From Bugula neritina (taxonomy: Eukaryota > Animalia > Bryozoa), in contig OZ037766.1 of assembly GCA_964035545.1 (NCBI GenBank), forward strand, positions 11,336,722-11,400,721: a DNA stretch of 64,000 nucleotides, given 5' to 3'. A program made the translations under genes and the position numbers. Shown piece by piece: positions 63,659 through 64,000 of the stretch. Positions within the stretch are counted from its first letter, which is position 1, and each line of letters starts with the position of its first letter. Below the pieces are notes generated by a model. The model worked only from the letters and a program-made list of their open reading frames with translations. It was not told the origin of the DNA and ran no database searches.

Positions 63659-64000
63659 GTACTTTTGCCATATAGCAAATTAAGCATTAAAAATATAATT
63701 CAGCTCAAAAACTCTCCATGTATGCAAACCATTGCCCCAAAAGGTGGAAAGTAATTTTGCTCTACTTGAAGTATTCCAACAAAAATGAGTATCTTCTAAA
63801 AATTATCAAATTTGATTTGTCTACAGCTTTTTTGAAAATTCCTTTAAATTAAGTTGGCAAATATAGTAGTTGTGTGAACATCTGCATGCCCAGCCCATAA
63901 TATAACAAAAAGGAATGTAATATTGTTTGTGGTTTGTAACTGGGGAGGAATAATGGATACAGCCCCTTAAGCCTCAATGGGAACTTGTGTAACATTAATA

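Noticed and set aside
1-64000. Prokaryotic features (CRISPR arrays, operons, IS elements) and rRNA
   Set aside because: The sequence is spliced metazoan DNA; no regularly spaced repeat-spacer array, transposase/RT ORF or rRNA-like segment was seen.

Overview
AT-rich, intron-containing animal DNA. The protein sequences suggest an invertebrate, probably a lophotrochozoan (inference). Reading splice sites and phases by hand gives six spliced protein-coding genes. (1) A DOK-type IRS-PTB adaptor (minus strand, <=4.6 kb, partial). (2) A 203-aa transmembrane EGFR-ligand-like precursor of TGF-alpha/Spitz type (+, 10925-21888), which the ORF track misses because its exons are short. (3) A CECR2-like DDT/WHIM chromatin-remodelling subunit (+, 23286-37509+). 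(4) BCL9/legless (+, <=45475-52485). (5) ILRUN/C6orf106 (+, 54538-57428). (6) The first two coding exons of casein kinase 1 delta/epsilon (+, 63262 to the window end). Also present are a tRNA-derived SINE-like head, microsatellites, a (TA)n-centred fold-back element and a possible divergent lncRNA. The most striking unexplained structure is a set of seven 0.2-1.1 kb degenerate hexamer-periodic tracts (NNN-A[C/G]T) rich in short perfect palindromes. They sit next to almost every CpG-containing promoter or first exon and are essentially absent elsewhere. All gene models are manual and unverified by transcript data.
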